Source: the human T2T-CHM13v2.0 reference genome, Homo sapiens. From it: DNA of 64,000 nucleotides. Positions 29,901 through 43,355 of the stretch are shown here, piece after piece. The notes beneath the pieces are model-generated. The model was not told the origin of the DNA, did not search any database, and was given only the letters and a program-made list of their open reading frames with translations. Made by a program: the position numbers and the translations under genes. How positions within the stretch are numbered: position 1 is the first letter of the stretch; each line of letters starts with the position of its first letter. The stretch lies in assembly GCF_009914755.1 (NCBI RefSeq), contig NC_060937.1. One strand, written 5' to 3'.

Positions 29901-31149
29901 AGCTCTCAGCTATGTAATCAAGTATTTCAAATAGTATGTTTAAACTATTATATATTTTGTTAATTTTAGAAAGAGCTATTTGATTTCTTACTATGATGGA
30001 AATATTTTTTTCTCTTAGTTTCTGTAAATGTTGCTTGTATCATCTTCCTTCTGATCTCCAAAAACAATTTTGTTGAAAGTTTTGTTCAGTTGGTACGCAA
30101 CAGCACCCTTAAAGTGAGTCAAAACCGAAATATGCCTAACATTCCAGAAGATGTTTCTCAGACCCTTGAATGGCTTCTGCTGACCCTCCCCATCCTTCTC
30201 CTAGGACAGAGGGAGCTTTCATCACTTTGGTCTGGCACTAAAGCTCATGGGCAGATGCATTCTGATTGGTTTACTTAAGTGTAAATGTTGACACATTTCT
30301 TAAATATTACCCCTGGTTATATTCGTATTCTAAGTTTCTTGACAGGTCTCTTTTCCAATATCAAATAGCATATTTAGATCTTCTTTTAAAAACACCATTC
30401 ACTATAAAAATATCTATTGATTCTTCTGTCTTTATAATGAGGCATTAGTGTCCCTACTCTTCAATTCATCTGTTTTTCCTTCCCTTCTCTCCTGTCATGT
30501 GCAGGCCTTACTTTACTAAGATTGATAACATCTGCATTAAACCTACTATATATACATTCATAGGATAGAGATAGAAAACCATTATCTAGTAATTTCTATG
30601 TGCCACACTGTCTCATATCATGAGAATGATTGTAAAATTACCTATAATTACTTTTGTTTTTATTTATTTTGGCTAAACAAGAAAAAAGAATTTGTCTGAC
30701 CTACTAGTTCTCTATAACATGTCCTCCAGATGGCATTTGCAAATAGCTTGGTGAGCTATTTATTACAAAAGGAAGAATTCATACGTTGGAAAGTTTGCAC
30801 AGACAGTAGTTGAGTAAGAAAAAGAAATTCGACAATAGGAAGCCATTCCAATTTTCTTGAAGTCCTCTTCTTCCTGTTGAAATGTGGCCTCTTCTTGGTA
30901 GTGGTTGCATGCTGTTTTTGGATAATGACTTTCTCGTGCAGTTTCACTCCTTACTCTGTTTTCTTATTGTGTCATCATGTTTTCCACACTCCCAATACTA
31001 CTGTATAGCCTCTTGAGTCTACTTCTCTCCCAAAGGATGACCCCCTGGGAACATTATTTAAAATTGTATGAACAATGGTATAGAGAAAAATAAGTTTCTA
31101 CCAGCTAAATGAAGACATAAAGGGAACAAATACAAATATATTTGTGTAC

Positions 31150-32300
31150 TTTCAAATCTTGTTTGCTGGATTCCAATCCTTGTACTCCTCCTCTCAGCCA
31201 CTAGACTGAGCTAATTATATTCTGAATTTGTAGTTAATTATCTTGCTGCATTTCTTAAATACATACAGACACATATATTATGTATATCACTACATATGCA
31301 TATGTTACCAAACACCATATAACATGTTTTTATATACTAAAATGTCGTACTGTGCATATTATTCATTTTGCTTTGCTTTTATTTATACATTAACTTTCAG
31401 ATCATTCATAAATAAAGTGCTGTACAGTAGCACTTTATTCTATAAACTACCACAAGTTATTTATCAATTCTGAAGTTGATGGGGGCATAAGATTTTTTTG
31501 TCTCTCTCTCTCCCTTTTTATTCTCTTATAAACAATCCTGCAATGGAGACTTTTATATATGTATATTTTTGAGTCTCAGGAAGGATTTTGTATATTACTA
31601 TTATTCCTACATGTATATGAGAAAAATAGTTGGGTCATAGGAATATGCATATGTCTTCAAGTTTGCTACATACTGCCAAATTACACAGTAAACTTATTTC
31701 AACGATTGATATTCCCACCAACCAACTAGTCATTGTTCCAAATTCTTGCCAGCAGCTGAAGCTGTCAGACATATAAAATCTTTTGAAACTAAGTTTTAAA
31801 TATTTTTGTTTGTTTAATCTGCATATACTTGATTACCAGCAGTATTTGGGTTTCCTCTTCTACAAATGTCTTCTTTATATTACATTTAGGTAGTTTTTTA
31901 ATGAATATATTCATTTTAAAATTGATTTTAAAGAAATATATGCAAAGTATATGTATTTGTTTAATTTTTACACATTCCCAGTGTATGACTTTTATTTGCA
32001 CTTGTCTAAAGCATAATTTTGATTGATAAAAGTTGTTTTAAATATGGTTCTTAATATTTAACATAATTTTCCTTAAGAGGCTATACTTTTTTTTGTTTGT
32101 TATCTTGTTTAAAAAAATCCACTTTGAGGTTATACAGTTTTTTTTTAATCTGTTTTCTTTTAAAAGTTACATAATTTTTCATTTCACATTGAATCCACCG
32201 TTACAGACTTTTGTGAATGAGTGAGGAAAAAACACCATTTTATTTGCTTTTGCTGAATAGTGAATTAATTCTGCCAGCACACTTGCTGACGGCTTCTCCA
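31150..32300 (-). mobile_element. L1ME-type 3' fragments
   Basis: tataaacaatcctgcaatg, gggtcataggaatatgcatatg, atactgccaaatt, attcccaccaacc. Confidence 0.65.
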
Positions 32301-32534
32301 GTGAACTTTACTATTGCCACTCTCCACTTAGTCTCAACTAGGCTTGCAGCTCTCTTGATCTTCTGCACAGCTGTCATTGTGAACTTTCTTTTTTATTCCT
32401 CTGAGTTAGGTCTATATTTTTCTAGGTAGAGTCTAGTAACTCCCTAAGAAAACAAATGTGGGAAGTAAAATGTTTTATTCTTTATATGGCCAAATCCTAT
32501 CATCAAGGCGGATCTTGGAACCTGTACCAAAGGA

Positions 32535-32625
32535 AGTAAGTGTCGTATAAAGAACTTGGATTCTCCAGGCAGACTGCCAGGATTTGTATCCTGGCTCTTC
32601 CACTTACTGCCTATGTGATCATCAT
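32535..32625 (+). mobile_element. MIR 5' fragment
   Basis: cagactgccaggatttgtatcctggctcttccacttactgcctatgtgatc. Confidence 0.7.
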
Positions 32626-32744
32626 GCTAATCTTCAAGCTGGATATGAGCAATGCACCCCTTGAGAGCACATGGAGACCTTAGAATCAATAAAAGACATA
32701 GTTATTCCAAGAAAATGGATTTTTATAGCCCAAATCTACATAAA

Positions 32745-32815
32745 CGTGTATACCTATATATATACACACACATATATATGTATGTGTGTGTGTATATATA
32801 TGTGTATATATATAT
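32745..32815. repeat. (TA)/(CA)/(TG) compound microsatellite
   Basis: Direct reading. Confidence 0.9.
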
Positions 32816-33200
32816 GCTTTTCCAAAATTTATCCATGAAGCTACCTTGTTTGACTGAGATTTTGTTCCTCTTTCCTATCTATCTTTTCACAATCACCTTT
32901 CCGCCATTTTACCAAACAAATGCATGCCTCCCACTCATCCAAAATCTACTAATAGTAGTATAATCTACTGTTCCCAAGAGTAAAATCCTTTGGGCCACTA
33001 ATAAATGACCAGTTAAAAATGTTGTCCATGAGTGATTCTAACAACTGGGTAGCAAATAGTTTTGCAAAACAAGTGCTAGACACTTTGTATATGTAATTTT
33101 TAAAAATTGCTTTCAACGTAATTGAAAGATGACTTGATCCAGTTGTCAGATGAAATATCATTAAAAATAACTTCGACTGATAGATTAGTCTCTGATATTC

Positions 33201-33896
33201 TGCATATAACATGGTGAGAAATCTGTTTCCTGGTTAAAAGTCTGCGCGGAATTTTTCATGCCTGATCATAGGCAATGACAAAAGCTTTACCTGGCAGACT
33301 TCATAAGAGAAAGCTGCCCTCCCTACATCAGACTTGAGGCATAGCCAATGCACTGCAGTCTCTGAAGGGAGTTGCAGTCAGGGATTCAGGCCACTTAGGC
33401 CGGTCATGCTCTCTGGATATTTGCATACCTAACCCCTGCTCCTTCATTCCTAGGTCTCTTTATCTGAGGCTGTGTGCAGAGTCCTCTTCAGAAACCTCTG
33501 CTAAGGCCTCTATATGGGAGGAACAGGAAAAACATTAAAAACACTCTTCCCCACTCTTACTCAGTACCAAGTACTTTTTCATTCCTAGCTCTCTCCTCTA
33601 GCCCTCCTCCCTTCCCCCAACCCTAGAGTCCATAAAACTGCCAGAGTCTTTTGTTTGGGTTCCATGAAGAGTGAGACAATCTCCACATCGGTATTGATCC
33701 ACCTGACCTCCTACTGGTGCCCTGCTCTGTGGGGGAAAGTGGAGTTGGTGCTGTCACTGGTTTTAGAGTCTTCCTCATAGGATCACAGTAAGTGATTAAA
33801 GGCTTAACCATTTTCTCTTTGGCTTATTGCTTTAATGGTTACTCCAATACCTGGCCCCTCAGCACTCTTTCTCCCAGCTTAGCTGAGCCTCTGACA
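33201..33896 (+). mobile_element. ERVL-type solo LTR (MER74/MER73/MER54-like)
   Basis: Block of higher GC with TATA-like cataaaa (about 33631), ATTAAA (about 33796) and a terminal cagcttagctgagcctctgaca. The 5' boundary and family are uncertain. Confidence 0.6.
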
Positions 33897-35074
33897 TTTA
33901 AGAGTTAACAAAAGCTACTGACATCAGTAAAACGAAGCTCTTATTCTCATTAATAATTAATGTGAACACATTTTCTCAAAGTTTAAATCTATAAAAACAA
34001 AACAAAATCAAAACAATACGGATTTGAGGCTTTTTTCTCTTTCTAGCAACAATAGTCATCAATAGATATAAAAACAATTGAGAAAAAGAAAACACATTTA
34101 TTTTATTAAGGAATGTGTGAATAATGAAACATTATTCAATGTTCCATTATTGAAACACTGAAATGTTTGATAAACAAAAACACTTTGTATTGAATAGTTA
34201 TTTGTTAAAAGTTTTAATTTTTTTGTTCATTTGCAATCTGCTTGAAACACAAAATAGAAAAAACGTTACATATAGAGCCTATGCATTGGGGAAAATTTTA
34301 ATGTTTATATATAAATATATGTATACACATTACATCAGTAAAGTATAAAAAGCGATCAATAAAAGACTTTTAAAAATAAAGATATACTACATTAAGACAT
34401 AATTCTGTTTGGGAAGTAAAATGGAAATATGAGTACAAAGAGAAGAGAAAAATGATGTAAAATTCTGATTTGTTGAAGAATAGTTTTTCATCAGTTTTTA
34501 AATTGGATGATGGTAATGTCAAATTCTTGTGATAGTCTGATATTATTGGGCATATATGATTAAATGATATACGAGTGACACTTTAAAATAACTACATTTA
34601 TAATGCAGAGAAATAACAACCCTTTCAGCCTTATTTGAAGATTGGATACAATATTTAGATGTCAAGTTAAAAATGTGTTGTGAGATACATTGCTTTTGAA
34701 AATTATTTTAGGAGTACATGATAAAAGTATTTAGTGTCCACTTATCTAAAAGATCATGATGTTCCATAACAGATGAAAAACAACATGGGAAATGTTCACC
34801 TTGGTCAGTTTCAGCAGTTAAAATCAGGCTTACCAAAATCAGACAAAATATTTTATTTCCTCTTACACAGATATCCAGGAGATGCAAGATTATATAAGGA
34901 TCTAGAGAAAAATTGGACATAAAACTTCTCATGAACCTTTTAAAAATGGCTAGGAGCAAAACCCAAACTCTTACACTTTAGAAGATTAATCTCCTCAGGG
35001 ATATCCGACAGTATGCCGAGCCCTTAGAAGAGTCTACTGTGGAAATAATGGATATATACATAGCACACTCTTCG

Positions 35075-35500
35075 TCAATCAACATTCTGTCAGGAAACAA
35101 ATGTCTATTCAAACAGGTGACTGAAGAGAATTTAATGAAGGGACTCTTCACAAAGGTGTAGCCAAGGTTAAGAGAGCAAGAATTGATGAAGTACTAACAC
35201 AGATGGGAAGCTTTTGCCAGCCAGAGTCTACCAGAGCTCACAGAGAGAACCATAGGTGTAAAACAGAAGTTGCTTTTTGCAGCTATGGCCTTAGACAGAG
35301 AAACACAGGAAGTTGGCAGCGACAGAAACAGAGATAAATGCCAGATTCCCTCTCCTTCTTCCCTGATCTTCTATCAGTGACATTTATTGGCCACAGCAAA
35401 CTGGAAGCCAAAGGATAAGGAATCCCAGTGATGAAGCCTAGTAGAGCTCAGAGTGCCAAGGGATGTAGAGGTGTACAGTGATAAGGAAAATAAAGACAAT
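35075..35500 (-). mobile_element. LTR33-like ERVL LTR
   Basis: gtcaggaaacaaatg...gaagagaatttaatgaagggactcttcacaaaggtgt...attggccacagcaaactggaagccaaagg. Confidence 0.7.
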
Positions 35501-35886
35501 TTAATAGAGTTTTCAATAATATTAATGATTCTAATTTTGAGTAAATTAGAAGTGTATAAAACTGTAGTAAATTCTCATATATTAATCCTAAATTACAAAA
35601 CCCAACAGAGTAGAGAAATTATTCATTCAGTTTATAATGAAATATATGAATTGGAGGAAATGATGGGTAAATGACAAATTTAAAAAATATATATATATCT
35701 GTTAGTGACCAGTTTTAATGTGTGAAGAATTCTTTGTCATATAAATAAATGTGTTTGTTCACTCCAAAAAGTGGTTGGAGTGATGAATATTACTTTCATA
35801 TTTCTAAAATTTATTTAATTACGAATGATGTTCAGAAAGCTCAGATAGCAAGAACAACTGACAGTGTGGGTATATGGTCTCCTCAC

Positions 35887-36475
35887 CAGCACTGGTTGAT
35901 AAAAATACAGTCACACCTCACTTAACAGTGGAAATATGTTCTGGGAAATGTGTCATTAGGCCATTTTGTCTTTGTGTGAACATCACGGAGTGTACAGACC
36001 GAGATGGTATAGCCTACTACACATGTAGGCTATGTGGTATAGCCTATTGTTCCTAAGCTAAAAATCTATACAGCATGCTACAGTACTGAATACTGTGGGC
36101 ATTTTGTAACAAAATGTTAAATATTGTATATTTAAACATATCTAAACATAGAGGAAGTACAGTAAAAATACGGTATTAAAATCTTTTGGGACTACTGTTG
36201 TATATGTGGTCGGTTGTTTATGGAAATGCCATTATGCAGTGCATGACTGAGTAATTTTTAATTGTCTAGAAGCCACATTCAAAAAAGGATACATTACCTT
36301 TAATAATGTTTTATTTAACACACTAATAAAAGTATTATTTCAACTTATTAACTTGAAAAGTAATAATGAGATATTTTACATTCCATTTTAATTCATACTG
36401 TCTTCAAAAATCCGTGTATATATTTACACAAATGCCACATTTCAAGTCCTCAAAAGCCACAGATGTTAACTGGAA
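35887..36475 (+). mobile_element. MER33 (hAT-Charlie), split by Tigger3a
   Basis: cagcactggttgataaaaata lies left of the insertion. gtaatttttaattgtctagaagccacatt...atgagatattttacatt...gccacatttcaagtcctcaaaagccac lies right of it. Confidence 0.75.
35908..36249 (-). mobile_element. Tigger3a (MER7A) MITE
   Basis: TIRs cagtcacacctcacttaac / attatgcagtgcatgactg. Internal gatggtatagcctactacac. TA on the left flank. Confidence 0.9.
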
Positions 36476-36771
36476 ATTCTTCTGGTCAGTGCCATTCCAA
36501 AAATCAATTAAAAGGCCCTTAATAGAAATGAAGGGACACTTACTGCTAAAAGTGCTACAAAGTGATTGTATTTCAATAATCTTATTGAAAGTATTTTTAT
36601 ATTTTGATCCAGAAAGGCAGATAAATTATGCAAATGAATTTTATGAAGATAAAAGTTATATGAATTAAATCCATTTATATCCAATAATTCTACCTATCTC
36701 TTTCAGTCCCTCTTACTCTTGCTGTCTCCTTCTAGTATAATTTTGATGTCAACTAAAAAATGTAACCTTGG

Positions 36772-37032
<261 letters not shown>

Positions 37033-37134
37033 TTAACCTTGGACTGACAAGAACAATCCATGACTGAAATAGTAAAGTAAAATAGTTTGGGAATGGTGTT
37101 ATGTTCTTACAAGGGAGGTAAATAGAAAAAAGAA

Positions 37135-37434
37135 GATTAACTTTTTAGTTTATTGAGATATAATTCACATACCATAAAATTCAACATTCAAAGTATATGA
37201 TTAAAGAGGTTTAAGAATATTCACAAAACTGTGCAACTATCACCACTATCAAATTCCAGAAAATTTTCATTACATGCAAAATAAATCCTATATCAATTAG
37301 TAGTTACTCACCATTTGTCCTTTGTCTCAGACCCTGGTATACATTAATCTATTTTGTGTCTTTATGAATTTACCTGTTATAGGCATTTCATATAAATTAA
37401 AACACATAATATGCTGCTTTTTGTGTTTGGCTTC
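37135..37434 (-). mobile_element. L1MB7/8-type 3' end
   Basis: tttattgagatataattcacataccataaaattc...tgtgcaactatcaccactatc...tgtgtttggcttct. Confidence 0.85.
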
Positions 37435-37800
37435 TATTATTAGTCCATTTTGTATTGCTGTAATGAAATACCTAAGACTGGGTAACTAAGAAAAGAGGTT
37501 TATTTTGGCTCACAGTTCTGCAGGCTATAAGGAATTCTGGTACCAGCATGTGCTCCTGGTGAGGGTTTCAGGAAGCTTCCAATCATGGCAGAAGCTGAAG
37601 GGGAGTCAGTATGTCACATGACAAAAAAGGGAGCAAGTGGGGGGGCAAGAGTAGATGTCACACTCTTTGAAACAACCAGATCTGACCCAAACCATGTTTG
37701 GGTCATGGTGGCATATCCCTTATGAATGGCTTGATGTTGTCCTCATGATAACAAGTGAATTCTCAGGCTGAGTTCATGCAAGATCTGGTTGTTTAGAAGA
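37435..37800 (-). mobile_element. MSTB-like MaLR LTR, truncated and internally inverted
   Basis: attagtccattttgtattgctgtaatgaaatacctaagactggg...ggctcacagttctgcaggct...aaacaaccagatct. Positions 37696-37800 are in the opposite orientation. Confidence 0.85.
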
Positions 37801-38660
37801 TTTATTTAAATCCTCCGTAATTCCTTTCAGTGATGTTCCCAGTTTTCAGTACTAAGATTTGTATTTCTTTAGTTAAACTTACTCCTATATATTTTACTCA
37901 TTTTGATCCTATTATAAATAGAATTCTTTCCTTAATTATATTTTGGTTCATCGCTTGTGTATAAAAATGTAATTTTTTGTATATTAATCTTGTATCCTGC
38001 AATTTTGCTGAATGTATTTAGTCGTTCTAATAGTTTTGTGTATCTGATTGTGTGTAAATTCTTTAGGATTTTTTATACACAAGATTGTCACAGATGAACA
38101 AAAATTGTTTTATTTCTTGAATAGCAGTATAAATATCCTTGAGTCCTATTTCTTGAATTAAGTATTGATATCCTTGTGTTGATTCTGAGCTCATGAGAAA
38201 CACATTTAGCCTTCCATCTTTAGGTATAATATTAATTGTAGTCTTGGATTCATGCCCTTTATCAGATTGAGATAGTTTCCTCCTTATAGTTTGTTAATTA
38301 TTTTTAATCATGAAAGGGTGAAATGGTGTTGAATTTTGTCAAATGCTTTTTTACATGTCTATTGAGATGATTATGTGGGTTTTGTCCTTCATTGTAATAA
38401 TACAGTCTTACACTATTAAGTTTTACACAAGCAACTTTGCATTTCTGGGATAAACAGTTCCCTGAACATGGTCCACATTCTTTTTTATTTGTTGGGAATT
38501 CATTTTTCTAGTATTTTGTTGGGCATTTTTCTGGTCTATACTCAGAAGGGATATTGGTCTGCAGTTTCGTTTCTTGTGATTCCTTTGGTCTTAATACTGG
38601 GGAAATATAAGACTCATAAAATGTTTGGCAAAGTATTTCCTCTTCATCTATTCCCCAAAA
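37801..38660 (-). mobile_element. L1M ORF2 fragment
   Basis: atcttgtatcctgcaattttgctgaatg, gttgaattttgtcaaatgc, tctattgagatgattatgtgg, ttgcatttctgggataaac. Confidence 0.85.
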
Positions 38661-39352
38661 AACAAGTTGACATGAAAAGGTAGTTGTATGAGTAGTTCAA
38701 GGTTACACTAAAAATAAATAAATAAATAAATAAGTAAATTTCTTAAACAAAATTAGAGGGAAAAGTCATTGATTAAGTTTGCAGTGCTGACATAAAGATT
38801 AACAAAGTACACTGAAATTTTATTTTTAAATCAAAATACAGGTACAGCAGTCATAGTAGTATTAGTATTTTCCTCTGCTGCCTTTTTAAACTTTACTTAG
38901 TTGAAGAAGCGTTTACCTTGATGGTTGGTGAAAATTTATAAAGCCACTTGACTTACCCTATTACTTTTAGGCAACAAATATTCCTATAAATATTTTATTG
39001 TACAGTCTATGTCAGAATCTAAAATTTTAAACAAAAAAAATCTATAGGAATCTCACAATTTTAAAATCATTATAAAAGGGAAATTTAACTCAGTATTTAT
39101 AAAAAATAGTTGTTGATATATCTTTCAAAATATGATGAACACAACAAAACACTAAAAGATACTTAATTTTAAATATTCATGAAGGAAAAGTGAGAGTATA
39201 CTTGTTATCTCTAATTAGAGAAAAACTTCCTAGAATGCTTAATCCCTGCACCAACAAATTATCCCATGTATTTTACCATAACAAACTAAATAATCTCGTT
39301 CCTAGAAATGAGAAATGTTTAGATGTATAAATATACTTTGCAAAGTGATTAG

Positions 39353-39643
39353 TTTTTTTTATTTTTTTATTTTTTTAAGACAGGATCTCACTGGAGTCTG
39401 TGGCATGATCTCGGCTCACTGCAGCCTTGATGTCCCAGGGCTCAGGAGATCCTTCTACCTCAATCTCCTGAGAAGTGAGCCTGCAGGTATGTGCCACCAT
39501 GCTGGCCTTAGTTTTTGTATTTTTAGTAGAGATGGGTTTCACCATGTTACCTAGGCTAGTCTCGAACTCTTGGGCTCAAGCATTTGGCCTCCCTCAGTGT
39601 CTCAAAGTGCTAGGATTACAGGACTGAGCCACTGCACGTGGGC
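39353..39643 (-). mobile_element. AluJ
   Basis: agacaggatctcac, ctcactgcagccttga, ctcttgggctcaagc; strongly diverged. Confidence 0.88.
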
Positions 39644-41199
39644 AAGTTTGATTTTTTAATGTGTGTACACATGTGTGTGTACACAAAACTACACAAATGA
39701 GTTTATGTGATACAGGTAGATGGCAGCAGAGTCTGACTCAGTCAAATGAGTCTTAGATTTAAAAATAGAATTAGTGCTTATGTATGTCCTGTAAAAGGCT
39801 CTTAGGTCCTCCAACAAACCTGCATTACTTTCTTGTTGATGGCTGAAATTCTGGCATTAATGATTTACTCATTTAGATTAAGATTCTATTACGGTTCAAA
39901 TTGCCAGTGTAAACTAATATTTAAAATCATTTTAGTGTGGTGTTAAAATGCTTTATAGTAGATTTTGCCTGTGGTAGACAGTAATAATGAGGAAACAAGT
40001 CATCTCATGGAATGGAGGAGGACCCTGACTAAAGGACAAAGAAAATAGCATGCACAGTGTGGTAATGTAGAATGAATGGTAAGAGATGACAGAGTTTATC
40101 TACACAGCAGTTTGCTCCAGAATCAATTCTTGTTGGAGCAGTGAGTAAAATGGTGACACTGAAATCCATGAATTGCCAAGTAATCTCACGTGTATTACTT
40201 CTGTAAGTCTAAAATCAGAGCATATTCACCCCCAGGCATCAGCTAATCTTTGCTTAAATGTACCACAATCAATTTTGCCAGTACGAAAAAAGGGAATAAA
40301 GAGACACAGGAAATGGTCTCAATAAATTAAACTGAATTGTCATGTACACTTGGCCTCTGCCATGCCATTATGATTTGTATTGTCATGGCAACTAATATTT
40401 GGTAAAAGGCAATGATCAAAACAGATATTCTTCTTTTGTTTGATTAACTAGGAGACATTCTGGAGAAGAAAGAGGTAGATTTTGATACAGCTTTTATAGC
40501 CATGTTCAATTTTAATAATGTATTTTCAAAAGGGTTTGTATTTTTATGAAGTTAATACTAATAACATTGTACCTACAAGCAAGCTAACCTAAGAATTATT
40601 TATATTTTAGTGAATATTTGTTATATGCTAGCTATTTTCCAGAATATGTGCTAGGAGACAAATCAGGCAAAGTTTCTAACCTCAGGAAAGTCACTGTCTG
40701 TTGTAGATGATGGTTATATTTACTGTTAAGATCCATATAATGCAATACTTATGCTATAGTCTACACGCAAATTTCTAATTATGTGTGTAGATAAATAATT
40801 TTATCTGTGTTTTTAGATTTTCTAGCAATTCTATAGAAGAGTGAAAAGAGATCAGTAGAAGAAATAACTCAGTAGTCTGGACCTGCTCTCTCCTCAGGAT
40901 ATTGAAGATAAGTGAGTTTACAAATTTAATGGACTAAATTAAGATTGTCAAAACCATTCTGTTTTTATCAATTTAAAATACTTTATACTTTAACATACAA
41001 ATACATTAATAGTAATTCTTTCATCCCTAAGTACATTCAATGCATCTTGAAAAATCAATCGGGAGAGAATAGCAAGAAAAAAAATCAGCAGCATATCTTT
41101 AAGAGTGTCTTAAATAATGATTGGCACATCAATTCATCAGTACTGGAGCACACTAAAGAATCTGAAGGCAAGCAGCAGCACCTAGAAATAGCTCACATT

Positions 41200-41375
41200 T
41201 GTATACACTTTGCAAATTATTTTGACACCTGTTTTTACATTTGTTTCTCTCAACAATCTTTTGTAATATAATGGGAAGAAAATTTTATGTTTGTTGTCTA
41301 AATGAGAAGACAGAGTTATTAAGAAGAAAAGTGGTTTGCCTCATTAATGAGAAGCCCAGAATTGCATGCTCCTTA
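41200..41375 (-). mobile_element. MIR fragment
   Basis: ctcaacaatc...taaatgagaagacagag...aagtggtttgcc. Confidence 0.5.
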
Positions 41376-42518
41376 TACATGTTAGGTACCTCCAAAAGTA
41401 AACTAAACAGGGAAATCTGTAGCAAGTTTTCAAATTTAAAAATTAGCCAATTGAATGTTTGTCTTCATTATAAGCAGAATTTAGAGTTAATAATCTTCAA
41501 CCAAAAAGGGGGAACCCGACTTATACTATCATGTCTTCAATGTTTCTCCTAACCTGAAGAAATCAGAAGTATCTGGGTTCTTTCTTAAGAACAAAACAAA
41601 AACCTATTTAATATGAATAACTATATGCAAGCCATGGTGTTTTACCATGGTAATGAATTTCAGGAATTAGTCGTGTTCTTTTGGAGACAAGGTTTATACA
41701 AATATAAGCAAAGTGAAACAGTCAATTCTAAAGTTAGTGAGTGGTTCATACAGTCATTATAGGGGTTACTTTCAGCAGCTATAGTCAACTAAGCTTTCAT
41801 AGATGATAGAGAATTTGAGTTGGACCTATGCTATTGGATAAGTGTGACAAATGTGGAATAGAGAGTAGGTGCAAGTGAATTTATTATGAGATCAGCGAGT
41901 AAAAGATTTTTAACTAGTGTGGAATATTTATCAGGCTAAACAGGTTGCATTGAGATTGTGGGAGGATTTGAAGGTAGCAATTCTACTTGATAAAATTTGT
42001 AGAGGAGGAATGTCATTCTAGTTTATATGGCAGCATGGATTGGAAATGAAGCAATTTTTGCAAGAATCCAAATAAGAGTCCCCATAATGGGCTGAGAAGA
42101 AACACAGAAAAGCAAGGCCAGGTGCTTGAGACTTTGGGAAGCGAGGAGTGAGAATACAAAGACAGTTCCTGGCATATTAACATTCTGTAACTAAGGGAAC
42201 TGCTTGAAGACTCTTCCTTAGAGCACATCACTTCCAAAGTTATTTTCTGTATGGTCTTTCACTGTAATTAATTCCAAAAGAATTCTGGGAAGCAAAGAGA
42301 GATGATTACAGATCAGGTGTTTCCCCACAGGTTTCTTCAAGATAAATTGTTCATTTGAAAAGGAAACTTCCCTATTTGTAAAACTTTACAACTGGAAAAA
42401 CAAAAAGGCTTCTAAAACTCTAGCATAGCATACAGCAGGTTAGTAAGACGTCATAGATGGCTTTCACTCTAGTATTTCAAAGGATACATTTTTTCTGTTC
42501 AGGGATTACTCTCAAGGT

Positions 42519-42523
<5 letters not shown>

Positions 42524-42563
<40 letters not shown>

Positions 42564-42720
42564 CATGTCTTTTCATATATATATGTGTGTGTGTATATAT
42601 ATATATACATGTGTATATATGTATATTTGTGTATATATATACATGTATATATGTATATTTATGTATATATATGTGTATATATATGTGTGTGTATATATAT
42701 ATGTGTGTGTATATATATAT
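42524..42720. repeat. (GT)n run followed by a TA/TG-rich microsatellite
   Basis: Direct reading. Confidence 0.97.
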
Positions 42721-43099
42721 TTTTTTTTCCTAGCAGGGTAAAAGACGATTTAGTCAGAAAATATTACTAGCTTCCTTTGCATAAAGTAATGTCTTACTTC
42801 TCCATTTCCCTGGAGATTTGGGGAATTGCTTTTTTTACAAGTATAGTGCAATGTTGCATGTGTGTCTCTCATTTATTCCTTCTTAAATTGAGAGTCATGC
42901 AGTGATTATTCATTTTTGTAATTTTCTTAACACGTATACCCTCTAATCCCTCATACCAACACAAATTACACTTTCATCTTAGCTGCTAAGATTCTTTTCT
43001 AGCTATTAGATGACTTCTGATGATAGTGTAACAACTTTGTTATTTGATATATTGTTTCTTTTTGATGTACATAAGCAAAGTCTATTTGGATGCTTAGCA

Positions 43100-43355
43100 T
43101 AAGATGTTGATTGAGGGGTACAAATTTCCATTTTTTAGGATAAATAAATTCTGATAATCTCATTTACAGCATGGGTGGTGGTGAGTGTGTCAATTTGATG
43201 GTGATAATCATGACACAGTGTATATGTATTTCAAATCATGTTGCACAACTTGAATATCTGTATTGTTGTCATTTGTTAATTAGATATTTTGAAATAAAGA
43301 AAAAGACCTAAATGTAACTATAAAACAATTAAACTTCTAGAAGAAAATATGGAAA
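43100..43355 (+). mobile_element. L1MA-type 3' terminal fragment plus a short ORF2 fragment
   Basis: gggtacaaatttcc...aggataaataaattctg...gtgataatcatgacacagtgtatatgtat; gacctaaatgtaa...aaacttctagaagaaaatatgg. Confidence 0.65.

Noticed and set aside
42457-42770. Overlapping Cys/Val/Tyr/Ile-rich ORFs
   Set aside because: They are microsatellite translations. The same applies at 44400 and 46669.
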